64,000 nt of DNA, from NCBI RefSeq assembly GCF_001194135.2, contig NC_068984.1, positions 31,632,589 to 31,696,588 on the forward strand, read 5' to 3'. Of the stretch, positions 13,085 through 26,254 are shown one piece after another. The notes under the pieces are model-generated. The model ran no database searches. It was not told where the DNA came from and saw only the letters and a list, made by a program, of their open reading frames with translations. The translations under genes and the position numbers were made by a program. How positions within the stretch are numbered: the stretch's first letter is position 1; the number at the start of each line of letters is the position of its first letter. The DNA is from Octopus bimaculoides. Taxonomy: Eukaryota.

Positions 13085-13265
13085 TATCGCAAATTACAGA
13101 AAACAAAATACGAAGACAGGAGAAAGAAGAACAAGCAGGTTTATTAGTTTAACGTTCGAGAAGAATGGAAAAGCCTCTGACGTTTCGAGCCTACGCTCTT
13201 CGACAGAAAGGACTGAGAGGAAAAATGGAGGGAGATTGAATAGAAAAGTGGAGAGAGAAAAATGA
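13085..13265 (-). mobile_element. Short interspersed repeat (probable PLE pseudo-LTR derivative), copy 1
   Basis: Shares gaaatt(t)acagaaaac..acgaagacagg..aacaagcagg..attagttt.acg..acgtttcgagcctacgctcttc.acagaaagg with 15425-15600; degraded copies at 41345-41385 and 51590-51770 (inverted). Confidence 0.75.
13175..13210 (-). ncRNA. Minimal hammerhead-like motif with variant core CUGUCGA
   Basis: CTTT-CTGTCGA-A-GAGC-GTAG-GCTC-GAAA-CG-TC-AGAG. Confidence 0.65.
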
Positions 13266-13294
13266 TGAAATATATATATATATACATGATGAAA

Positions 13295-13336
<42 letters not shown>

Positions 13337-13337
<1 letters not shown>

Positions 13338-13725
13338 TCTTTTATTCTTTTATCCTCTTAATTGTTTCAATCATTTGACTGCAGCCATGCTGGAGCACTG
13401 CCTTTCAGTCGAACAAATCGACCCCAGGACTTATTCTTTGTAAGCTTAGTACTTATTCTATCGGTCTATATTGCCGAACTGCTATGTCACGGACATAACC
13501 ACACCAACATCATTTGTCAAAAGACACACGCATAAGCACACACACACACACACACACTTATACGACGAGCTTCTTACAGTTACCGTCTCCCAAATCCACT
13601 GATAAGGCTTTGGTCGACCCGAGACTATTTTAGAAGACACTTGCCCAAGGTTCCACGCAGTGTGGCTGAACCCAAAACCATGTGGTTGGGAAGCAAGCTT
13701 CTTACCATAAAGCCTCACCTACGCC
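13337..13725 (-). mobile_element. tRNA-headed SINE (family A)
   Basis: Reverse complement matches 63339-63716 and 58026-58244: head ggcg..gtggtaagaagcttgcttcccaaccacatgg..., tail catggctgcagtcaaatgattgaaaca. Confidence 0.88.
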
Positions 13726-13745
13726 TATAACGTTGATATTTTGAC

Positions 13746-13827
<82 letters not shown>

Positions 13828-15376
13828 CACAGACAGACAGATAGAGACAGAGACAGAGAGACAGGGAAACAGATAGACAGAGAGACAGAAACAGAGGGAC
13901 AAAGAGAGAGAGAATGACTTCGAGAGTAGAAAAAGCCATCAACAATGCAGAGATTATTTAGAAATTTTAAATCACATTCATATTCCAGGATCTCGTCTCT
14001 TAGAACTAATGAAACAAGAACAAAAGAAGCGGAAAAGTTTCATACGTATTATAGTCGTAGTTGACTGCATGTTGATAATAAGACGATTTAAACTGCCTAC
14101 CAAGATTAAACCCAACATTTTCCTTGGTCACCATGTTTTGGTTGGAAAACATTCTTGCCATACATTCATCCCATAAACAGTCATAGTTAACAGTCATTTG
14201 ACGTATATAAAATATTTAATAGTAGTTCTGTCATTGGTACAAAGTTCAGTTTTCCTTCCTGTTGTTAATAACTTCCAAAATTCAATTATCTTCTTGTCGT
14301 CCCCGTGAAATGTAACCGTGTTGATATTTTTTAAGTTCTGGGAAAATGTGTTAAGACGCAATGGGTATTATATCTAAGGGACGTGAATCTATAATAAATA
14401 AATGTACTATATTTTCCATTAAAAAAATCTCCACATTGTTGATGCTTTTGTCTAGCCTTATTTAAATACATAATGCCTCTTAACAGATTTGCTCAAGACT
14501 AAAAGAAAAAAAAATCAATACAATTACGCCTTGGTGGGACGACGAGAAAATAATTGAATTTCACAGGTTACCAACAACAACAAGGCGACGGACAAGAAAT
14601 GAATTTTGAACCACACGCAGAAAAACCATTAAAAATTGTTTACGCCAGGTGATTGCTGATAAAGACTGTTCGGGAAGTACGGATCGTAATGAGAAAGATA
14701 TTTTCTAAATATGATGACGTGATCACTGAAGATGTAGGCTGTCTCAATTGACATCAGATTTAAATTTCTTTTCCGTTGATCATAGTGCGTTCAACCTCGA
14801 CTAAACTAGCTTTGAAAATGTCTCAAGTATATCTTAATTTCTTTTTCACAATGTTTAAGTTTTGTGAGCCCGAAATACTAACAGGCTGACAAGACTGTCA
14901 TTCATTTAAAATAAAGAAAAGGAAGAAAAATATTCTCTGTATTGAGAATTTAAATACACTCGCATGCACCCCAAAATCTATCCGTTTCTTTCTCTCTCCT
15001 GTCTATATCTAAGTCTCTATCTTATCCTCATTTCTCTCTTTATATATCTATATCTATTTGTATTTGTTTAATGAGAGAGACGGAAGATGGAAGATACGAG
15101 AATTTTTATTAATCACTACATTTGTTACGAACCATCTAGCATCGATCCCCTACAGGTGGGATACCTAATAACTGGTTTAGGAGCATCCATCGGTGTAAAT
15201 CTATATGTATGTGTGTATGTATGTATGTATGTATGTAGGTTTGTATGTATGTATGTATGTATGTATGTATGTATGTATGTATCTATCTATCTATCTATCA
15301 ATATATATNNNNNNNNNNNNNNNNNNNNNNNNNNNNNNNNNNNNNNNNNNNNNNNNNNNNNNNNNNNNNNNNNNNN

Positions 15377-15419
<43 letters not shown>

Positions 15420-15424
15420 TATAC

Positions 15425-15600
15425 AGTAGAAATTTACAGAAAAACAAGAAACGAAGACAGGTGTATGAACAAGCAGGTGAATTAGTTTGACGATCGGGAA
15501 AGTGAGAAAGTCTTTTACGTTTCGAGCCTACGCTCTTCAACAGAAAGGATTACGAGAAGATAAACATACAGAGAATTAAAAAAATTGTCGATTTAGCGGT
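15425..15600 (-). mobile_element. Short interspersed repeat (probable PLE pseudo-LTR derivative), copy 2
   Basis: Aligns with 13085-13265. Confidence 0.75.
15512..15547 (-). ncRNA. Minimal hammerhead-like motif with variant core CUGUUGA
   Basis: CTTT-CTGTTGA-A-GAGC-GTAG-GCTC-GAAA-CG-TA-AAAG; stem I CTTT/AAAG is perfect. Confidence 0.65.
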
Positions 15601-16038
15601 CAAGCATGGCGATATATAAAGTAACAAGAAGATGGATTTAGTATTAAACTATATTCTGAACAACGTTCGTTTCGAATCACCCTACTATTGTCCCTTATGT
15701 GTGGTACTGTTCAACTTGTGTTTTTATCCATTTTGCAGTCTGCGTTTCATCAAGTAAATCTATAGATAAAGTTTCGTCTCACTAAAGATCTTGAGTGTCG
15801 GCTGTCATGTTGTTTGTTATATGCCCGACTAGTTAGGGAATGAACAAAATGCAAACAAGACTCCAGAAACGCATAAATTCAAATATGAACGTGGAAATCT
15901 CGCGTTTTTCTCTAGAAAAAATGACTTAATCAGCTTCCGCTTTAATAACTGCTTAGAAGGAAAAGAAAGTAGAAGAAAAGAAAGAAGAAGGAAAAATAAG
16001 AAAAACAGGAAAACGAATACTTAGCCAAACAGGTTTGT

Positions 16039-16087
<49 letters not shown>

Positions 16088-16675
16088 AAACACAGTTACT
16101 TTATTCCACACGGGTAGAAATATAGGGTAATATAAGTTTTAAATGCACTGAGAAAAGTAAAATAGTTTGTATTAATATATTTAAAGCTTTTTATATTTAA
16201 AGTAAACGGTTTCACACTTTACACTGATTTTAAAAAGTTCAAATAGAAAGACATGTCTTATGTCGCAGCTGTCTTGCTTCTGAGTAGTCTTTGAAGTTTG
16301 CCCTATTTTTATAGTATAATAGGAGGAGTATATCTTTGTTTTTGGCACATAACAGGTCAGAAAATTATCATTAGTTTCGCGTATACTAATGCACTAAGTA
16401 ATACAGACAATACATCAGACATGTTGACTGGAAACACGTGTCCTCTTCACTGATAGAGGTAGATATAGCGTCTTGGTTAGTTTAAAAGGAAAAACTGGAG
16501 TGGAAAGCTTTTCTAATGAATCGTCTATGTTGCCAAGTGCAAGAAACCAGTAGTAACTTTCTGGCTGGTTGTTTGTCATCACCAAGCTTATACAACTGGA
16601 CAACACAAATGTTATGTATGCTTCTGTGTGTGTGTGTGTGTGTGAAATGTGTGTCTTTGTATGTGTATGTGTATA

Positions 16676-16725
<50 letters not shown>

Positions 16726-17282
16726 ACTATGTGTGCGTATGTATGCGCGCGTGAAAAGCAGTAGGAATAAAACAGGTTCGTATTTCGCGTAACTTCGAAA
16801 ACCACCACTATTCGAGTTACAATACACATTTGTATTTTTGCAGAGGAAAGCAGGATATATGCACAAGGAGTACCACATTTTTTCTCGAAATAATGATCGT
16901 ATCCAGGCTTTATAAACATTTGAAATAAGTATATTTTCTTCAATGTATGCGTACCCTGCTTATTTGCATTATACTACACTCTGCTAACTTATTTTATACC
17001 AATGTATATACTCAGAAATATAAATGATTCCTATTTTTTAGATGTCTGCTGAAGTTATTAAACTATAAATATATTCTCGCTGCATATACGAACTGTCTAG
17101 ATTGTTAACCTGTCTCCAGAATGTAATATAGTTCGATGTTTTGGCTTGTATGTATGCATACATAGAGACATATACATACATACATGCATACATACACATG
17201 CATATATATGCTTGTGTGTATATGTATGTGTGTGTGCGCGTGTGTGTGTATTCTACATATATTTGTATACATGTAGAAGACA

Positions 17283-17350
17283 CTGTTTTAGTTTAATTGG
17301 TAGCTCCTCTGACTGGGCTGCCGAAGATGCATTGTTCGAATCCCAGCGAA
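17283..17350 (+). tRNA. Degenerate tRNA-like sequence (pseudogene or orphan SINE head)
   Basis: A-box-like TAGTTTAATTGG 17289-17300 and B box GTTCGAATCC 17334-17343 at tRNA spacing; the cloverleaf does not close well. Confidence 0.4.
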
Positions 17351-18544
17351 AATTTCCCGTTTCCCTTGCAGTATTTTAACTTAAATTATAAGCTATTATT
17401 TATAGCTGACATCGCTCCAAAATCATCGCTTATAAAATCACACACACACATATATGCACGCGCGCATACACCCACATATCAACGTATACTGCTTTCACTT
17501 TTGTACTCGATTTGTATAGACCTTAATGTACAATCGTGAGTTAAATAATTTTGCACTCTAGGATGGCTATTCTGCAAATTAAACATATACTGCAGAGAAC
17601 GGAGGTGCTGTATTAATCAACTAATTAGTGAATTACTATAAACATTTATTTACAAGAAAGAAAATTACCGGAGGGCTTTCATCTTCTTCTTCGAAATCTC
17701 TCTGTTAAAGTTATATTGAAACCATTTCTTTGGAATTTTTTTTTTTTTTACAACTGCTCGCACACCACAAAATGTAATGGAATTTACTGAAGTAGGCCAG
17801 CAAAACGTCATTTCATACCCTTATGCCATGTTATCGATGTCATGTCGCTGGTCCGTCACTCAATTCTAATCTAAATTATTTTGTCTAATTTTCATAAAAT
17901 ATGATAATGTATTTTCCGTGTTTTGGGATTTCTAAATTCTATACTACGTTCGTGTGTAGTTTTAGCTGTGGGTACCTTTGGATACAGTGGTGAGTGTTAA
18001 TGTATATGTACGGAGGACAGATGAGTTTGTTTTACAAGTATTTTCGTTTAATTTTTCATTATTTGTGCACATATATGTCTACATGAATATTCAAATATAG
18101 TTGATGATAAAATATACTTATAAATATACATTTACATATGCAGTACAGTTCAAAAGATACGTCAAAAGGTGTCATGCGTTACCAAACGTTTTCAGCGACG
18201 CATATCAGTTCTACACTCAACTTTTATCATTAATGTGGTTAAAGTGTCTTCCTAACTCCTAAAAGGCGCGAAACTGGAGTCCATGCGCTAAATATATAGA
18301 AAAGAGACGCAGAAAACATAGTCGATATTATGCGTTATATGCTGACCTATGATATTTGTTTACGTAACTAGGAGTTATGTTCCCGTAATTGGTGCCTGGC
18401 CATCTCAAAAATCAGGCGCATATTATATAAAGTACAAATACTGACTATACTTTCTGAGTTTCTTTTCCACATACATACATACATACATACATACGTACGG
18501 ACGGACATAGATGCGTCAGTGTGTATGTGTGTGTGCATATGTTA

Positions 18545-18790
18545 GAGAGCCCGTGAGATGGTGGTGAGTATGTTGCGCTCACTATCACAAGATCGTGGTT
18601 TCGATTACAGGACCGGATAATTTGTTATATTGTCGAGCAAAACACGTCATTTCACTTGGCCCCAGTACACCTAAATCTAAATGAATAACCCTGTTTATAG
18701 GAAGCGTCGTTTGAAAGCTAACATAATGCAACGAAGCGTATTGTAACCAGCGGTGTAAAGCTACATTCGATAGTCAGGTCGATACAGTTA
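18545..18790 (+). mobile_element. Old tRNA-derived SINE
   Basis: cacaagatcgtggtttcgatt..ggaccgg..gagcaaaacac..catttcac; similar to the head of 9660-9974 and to 26255-26465. Confidence 0.6.
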
Positions 18791-18929
18791 TATATATACA
18801 TATAGATTCATTCATACATACATATATAAATTCTAGCTTATCTATGTCAGATGTAGACATGATATTAACAGTACAAGAAACCGTTATTAATTACGACAAC
18901 TACGGACGAGTTCAGACAGAACGAATTCC

Positions 18930-19264
18930 TTCGATATACCAATGGGTTCGAGCAACTCAGCCCAGGTCACGGATATCGTAGGAATTTACATCTTATTCCA
19001 CATCAACTTCTCATTCCCACAAATATTGGGTGGGGGATCTATACAGAGACAATGCCCCTTTCGTAATAGATGATTGTCCTAAAGAAGAAATAAAGAGATA
19101 GAAATAAAACCTGCACAAATTATTTCAATAGTTCGGCCTATCTATAACCACAGACAGAAATTACCCCAAGGGAAATTTTCTAGATGCTACTTTCAACTTA
19201 GAGACAGGGATGTACGAACCATACTACAATCCGAACGTGTGTCTAAGATACATAAATGTAAAGG
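18930..19264 (+). mobile_element. PLE reverse-transcriptase fragment (Neptune/Naiad-type)
   Basis: FDIPMGSSNSAQVTDIVGIYIL; YRDNAPF; FGLSITTD; NFLDATFNLETGMYEPYYNPN; homologous to 61500-61810. Confidence 0.85.
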
Positions 19265-19760
19265 GTGTTTCGGGTTGTATTTCTCTCTCTCTATATATAT
19301 ACGTATGTCTGCCTGTCTTTGTGTTTACAAAGCAGGAATGTATGTACCTACGTAATTATATATATGTGTGTGTGTAAGTATATGCATGTACACATGTGCA
19401 TATGTGTATGTATATGCGCGCGAGTGTATGTATGTACATATATTCATATATGTGCATGTATGTGAGTGCGCGTACATATCCGTTTTTGTGTGAGTGTGGG
19501 TATATGCGCATGTATATGTTTATGTATATGCGAGTATATATGTACATGCATACATACACACATACATATGTGTGTGTGTATGTATATATGTGTATAAGCG
19601 TGGGGATGCGCACACAAGTTTATGTGTATGCATGCGAGTGTAGGTATATTTATATACGTGTATGTGAGTGCGCGTACATATCCGTATATGTAAGTGTGCG
19701 TATATACGTGTGTATATGTAGATGTATATATATTTATATGTATTTATGTATGTATGTACG

Positions 19761-19799
<39 letters not shown>

Positions 19800-20116
19800 N
19801 NNNNNNNNNNNNNNNNNNNNNNNNNNNNNNNNNNNNNNNNNNNNNNNNNNNNNNNNNNNNNNNNNNNNNNNNNNNNNNNNNNNNNNNNNNNNNNNNNNNN
19901 NNNNNNNNNNNNNNNNNNNNNNNNNNNNNNNNNNNNNNNNNNNNNNNNNNNNNNNNNNNNNNNNNNNNNNNNNNNNNNNNNNNNNNNNNNNNNNNNNNNN
20001 NNNNNNNNNNNNNNNNNNNNNNNNNNNNNNNNNNNNNNNNNNNNNNNNNNNNNNNNNNNNNNNNNNNNNNNNNNNNNNNNNNNNNNNNNNNNNNNNNNNN
20101 NNNNNNNNNNNNNNNN

Positions 20117-20167
<51 letters not shown>

Positions 20168-22259
20168 GTATGTGCATGTGAATGTATATATGTGTGTGTG
20201 TGTAAGTACGTGCATGTGAATGTATATATGTGTGTGTGCGTGTGTATGTGTGTGTGTCTGTTTGTGTGTGTGTTTACAAAAAGTTTTATAACATATACAT
20301 TATATAACGTAGGAAATCATTCGTGTATAGGTATATTTATGTTTATGTCAGTGTGTGCGTATGTGCACATGTGTATGAGGGGGTGTTTATGTGTATAGAT
20401 TTATACTGTGTTACGGAATATACCAACAGATATTAGCCCACACTATGTTGTGACAAATGTCTTTATATGATATATAAAGACAACATTTATATGCAGTTAC
20501 TTCATCGTTAAAATAAGATCTGTGAAACAAACCAGTATCAAACTGGAATTGCATCATTCGCTGAGTTCTCTCTATAACTGTCCACAGCACATCGCTTTTA
20601 AAATTTTCTATGGCTAAGGATTTCAGTAAATCAAGTAGATTAATTTAGACATGTAACATATTGTTACCACCTAGTTCGATTAATTCATTATTGGTGTGTT
20701 AATTGTGTTAATTGTGTAGAGATATTCTGTAGCACGGAATACCTCTGTAGAATTTAAGTAACACCGTATGTACAGAGAGATTTAAATAACTTGTTTCTAT
20801 GCACAATGTAAGTCATTCAAACCGATTTGCGTAAGCCCTCAGTATAGTGCCTTCATAACTAAAGTATTAACTTCTACTGTTGACTAAAATTTAAAGTATA
20901 GCATTGAGAGCAAACATGCTGAATGCACTAGTAATTTGTTAACTGAGCTGGTTGCCATGAATAATTTATAAATCGTACCAGAATCAACCTATTCGATTTA
21001 TGTAAGCTCTAAGGAACACTGAATTTATAAACAATGCATTTTTGGGCATTTAAATTGTGTACTCCATCGCTGTCGAAACCCCGACAATGTATAGATACTA
21101 CTCACTCTGAGTCTTCATTTTCTATCTGCGACATTTTCTATCTGCGAATATTATACTGTATATAAAAATGAGACAAGCGCACCGTGTTAATTTTAATCAA
21201 AAGATGCATTCTGTAAATATATACTGGTGGAAACGAAACACTTTTAATGCAATAGTTACATGTATATACGTGTGCAGAATGTTGAACACAGTGACAAAAT
21301 AAGACTGCTTATTTAAAGATGAAATGACTGGAGGAATGTGATAGTGCGTGTAATGACACCATTCCAATCATAGAGAAAATAGTAGCCTTTACTTTATCCG
21401 TGTCTGATCAAACAATTTCTTTCATTGGTGGAAATACAGCGTAGTTGATTGGTGGAAATAAAAACACACCAAAGGATGTGTGTCTGTGGTGAAGTACATA
21501 GTTTATTCACTCTGAATATTTACCTTACCATTCAAGATTCACGCCACCGTGAAATTCAGGCGAGAATTAACAACTTCGTTTGGGGGTATATTTATATTTG
21601 TTGAATGGGATGTGGTCACTTGTCTGTGTTTGCTTATTAGGTTGCACTTGCGTCTGTTGATTGGCTATTATTTTGAGAGCATTCTTTGGTCATTTTCTGG
21701 TGCTTAGATTTTTTATTTGTTTTGCTGTTTTTATTGTTTTAATATTTATCTGTTAAATTTTATCTGTTAATGTATATACGTTACTTTGGCCAAGTTTTTC
21801 CTGATACGTATCGTGTTGTAGTGGCAAATATTTTCATATTTGAATGTTTTTATTGAACGCTTTTGTTCCGTCAAGATAAGATGGTTTTAAAAGCTTATTT
21901 GTGTACATATTTGTTGAAGGCATAGAGAATGTATATGTATCTCTGAAAACGTCTGAGTGCATCATGTATTGTAAACTATATTTCATAGTTGAGGGGCTTT
22001 AGCTAGTGGCTTACGAACTTTCTTTTGGTAGAGAATAAAATGTTTCAAGAATTTTTCAAAAAGAAGCTTTGTTGTAACTTAACGACTATCTTTTAAACTG
22101 ATTTAGAAGTTTTCTTTGTTTCTATCTTTGAAGATGTGTTTTTTTATCATAGATATTTATTGTGTGTGTGTGTCTGTGTGTGTGCGTGCATGTGTGAGTG
22201 CGTATGATGCGTCTTGTTTTATCTCGTGTATCAATGTAATGCTCAGTTTATTGTTGCAT

Positions 22260-22320
<61 letters not shown>

Positions 22321-25300
22321 GAGACACACACATATATATGCACAAAGGTTGCAGAAGTGAGAGAGAAAGGACACTACCATTGCGAGTAGTGCTTAATTAT
22401 ATGGTTTTGGAGAGTAAATTTTGGTAGTCAGTTAAACATTTGCAAAGTTTATCGAGGCCTCGGTTAATTTAATTTATTTCATATTGCTGCAGTCATCTCA
22501 GCTGTAAAGGAATAGCGCCTTACAGACTAATATCCTTTGATAGCTGCAGCACACTGTATGCAATGATTTGCAGTTCTTCTGCACAATAAGAACACTTTAC
22601 AAATGTGTGTGCACAGTCTCATGTGAGGTTCCATGAGTTTTGTAACCCTCCTGTAATTGATCAATCTTGATGACGTTTTTTACTCTAAAGAGGAAGCCTA
22701 TTATTTTGAGTACTGTTTAAGCAATGTTACAGATAAGGGTTGCTATGAAAATCATATGATATTGCAACGTCATAGCATTTATGATGAAAGTGAGTGATTT
22801 AAATGGGTCTTTAGAAAAGTGTATTACAATATAGTGTGCAGTGTAGCGTGTTTCCCTAACGTGTGTTATGGTGTTCTTTAAAGAGAATAGAATGTCATGC
22901 CATCCCATCGTAGGATATTTTCAAGGAATCTGTTTTCTGAGACAGAGTTGGTCCAGTGAGAACTGTTGAGATTATGTATATGTAAAAAAAGAGTAAAGCA
23001 TTGTTTGATCTACGTAGAAGTAAGAATTTGCATAAAAACACGTCAGAAAAATATATAGATGTGTATGTGCGTGTGTGTGTGTTTGTGTGCATGCGTGCGT
23101 GTGTGTCGGTGTGTCTTTTTGTCTGATTGTGTGTGTTTATTTCTAATATACGTAATTTTTCTATTTTTCAATATGAGCGAAAGGCAGAGAAAGTAATAAA
23201 TATAAATTCGCCGAAATGTTATAGCTTAAAGAGTAATTATGAAATAAATGTTATTTTGATACGCTTTCGGCTTAAATTGTGAGTAACCAAATTTTCTTAT
23301 ACAAAAATATTGTCTTAGTTGTATTACTGTCAAAATGAAAACAAGATACTCTTCAAATGTTGGTGTATATCAATACTCTAGTCTTATAAAATATGAAAAT
23401 CACTGACCCACAAATGCAGTTACCTGGATTCCCCTGGTTCATGCAATTTCTTTTGTCATTGTTCGTTGGAAAGTTGTTTACCTGCAACTCTTGCTGTTTG
23501 ACAACTAATACTGGTGCGTGAGGCATCATAGTAGTAGCTATTTGCGAGCAGCATTAGTGAATCCACACTGCTTGATAAAGCTACAATGTTGATATCCTCA
23601 AACTATGAGCAGCACATCAGACATCTCTAAAAACATATGTATCACCCGCTGCCACAAGCCCTTTCTTTATAATTTGTGCACGCGTGCGCGCGTGTGCTGG
23701 CAACCACCCAATAAAAGTGCAATAGGACAATATGAAGAGGCTCACGGCCATCTGGCTTGCCCATCAAAATCAGAGATTTGCGATGCTCTACATCAAGCTC
23801 ATGTTGTGTCAAATCAGATATCGGCAGCAATACACACTCTGCAGTAATAGCTAGATTTGTTATGCCATTTCAGCTCTAATTTCACGCTACGATCCTTACC
23901 AGCAGCTCACCGAAGCCATGTAGAGACGTGTTCCTGTCACTCAGTTCCCAAAATGTGATAGTAAGACACTGACCCGATCCTTGAAGACAATTCTACTGAA
24001 TGTAGAGATTCATTTTGCGGCACATTGGCATCATCAGCAAGAGGCTGTACAACTTGGAGACATGGTGGGGAGCAACTCGAGAGCTACAAATTAAAATGAA
24101 TCCAACATTTTGCAAGGTTACAAAGACTACAAAATGCTGCTACAAATTCTCTGCTAACATCTTAAAAAAAAAGAATGCCATATGAAACATTAGACTCCAT
24201 TATTATGTTCTAGTCAATTAGAGTTAGCTTGAGGCTAAACAACGCATAAATTCTAATACCATAATATTCTGATGCAATATCTATTGATCAGGTTATTTCT
24301 CATAAATAATATAAATAAATATATCGAAATATCATAACACCGGATAATGATTGTAATGTCATATAAAATATCATAATGCAACTCATAAAATAACATGCCA
24401 ATAATATATTACAACCTAGCAATATCTCAGTATAATTATTATACACTGATTGGACAATTTGAATTTAGTTATGTGATCAAAGTATTATATACATCATCGC
24501 AAAATAGCTGAGTGGAATATCAATCAATTTTTACAGCGGATATGTGTATTATATTTTCCTTAGTAATCTCATGCATAACCTCCACTGCTTATATTGGCGT
24601 ACTTTGTTATGGTGGTCCTTATACCCATCTGATGTCAGTATCAGACAAGTTGATGTAGGTTGTCTACTGCTGAATTATATTGTCCTAACACCTGCATTTT
24701 AGGTTAGCAACATTTTCTAAGATATGAGCTTGTTAATTTCTGGTAAACTAGCTGGTCTTGTGCTGCCGGCATACATTATTGTTATTATTATCGTTATATA
24801 TCACAGAACTGAACGGAAATAAAATATTCGTTTTATTGTTTTACTACATGTTAATTGTATAGTCTTAACAAAACCGACCTCGAAAGCATTTTTTCAAGAT
24901 TATATGCTGTTCCAATGTAAACAGATGTTTGGAATATTCTCATACCTGCTTTGATATCCGACCATTGCTGGTGGCAAGCTAATTTGGGGGAGATTGAACT
25001 TAATACTCTCATAGTAATTGATACAACATTCACATTTGCTGTTGGGCATTTTCACATTCATAATATCACCATTTTTACATCGGCAAATTTCGAGGTATGT
25101 TTACTTCATTGTTGGCAACGATTTGTCAGAGGGAATTGCATCGTGTATTATGTAGCATTTTTTTTTCTTTTTCTTATGCACAATAAAGCCTTGCCAACAG
25201 TGTTCAATTGTTATGTCTAACTGGAAATCAAAATCTCAAATAATTTTCCCTTCATTTTTATTTAGACCCCTTTATGGTATATAATTGTACCACTTGTTTG

Positions 25301-26254
25301 AAATGTTCTGTTCGTATTTGTCGTAAGGGGACCAAACGTTATCATTATCGCACATTCTTTTTGTTCTAATATTTTGCACCCTGCATCGCTGATTACATAG
25401 GTAACATTTGGTCGTTGAAGGGGCGGAGTGAATACCCTTACTCACTGAACTAGTGCTGAGAACTTGCTCTTGAGACACTACCATTAAACACTAAACTTTT
25501 CTCTTTAAATCTTCGCTCGGGATCCACTTAAGTAGGGCGGCAATAAAGTGCCGTCTCAGAATGGGGATCCTGCCAGCGACGACGCAGTTCGTCACCTGTC
25601 TGCGCCGAGTGGACAGCATGCACTGAGCATAGGCATGCGCCTTGAAGCTGAGATGCTTAGAGAAAACAACTCATTGTATATTTTTTTGAGTTAATATCTG
25701 TTTTTAATTCCTATTATAGAATGAAGCAGGCGATTAGTTGATAATTTCCTGCTGCTTTTATTTTTATCGGATCTTTCATTATTAGAGTTGCTCGTCCTTC
25801 ATTATCAATTCTGGTACAGCTTCTTGTGTCACACATTCAGATGGTTATTCAGAGGGTTCCCAGTCTGAGTGTGTAAAACTTTTCGATGTTGTATCGATAA
25901 GCCTTTGACCTAATCTGGTCCTGTGACCTTCCAAATCGTACTATCTTTACCTGCTGCAGATCATTGCCTCCAATTATCCAACTAGGATATTGTTTCGCTG
26001 AACTGCTTATTCCCACTTTAAGTATTTTGATTCATTCCGCATATCAATGATGTGTGATCGAGCATCCCCAAATTCCTGTCCAAAATTATATTGCTTCCCC
26101 AAAACTTAAGTAGTAATATTTCCTTAAATGTTATAGTAAAACTGCCTGAATTATCGAAAGGTTTCCTTATGCTCGAATTAATGGAAATGCTCTTTTAATG
26201 CAACGCTTTGTTTTGGTTGCTTTTGCATTTACGCTTTACTAGTTAGCTTAGTTT

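Noticed and set aside
21420-21462. Doublet ATTGGTGGAAATA (inverted CCAAT-like)
   Set aside because: No TSS, CpG-island or gene context visible; could be a short duplication.
25511-25640. HDV-like ribozyme interpretation of the structured island
   Set aside because: A possible P1 (GGCGCAG/CTGCGTC, minus strand) encloses only 12 nt, too short for P2-P3-L3; the topology does not fit.
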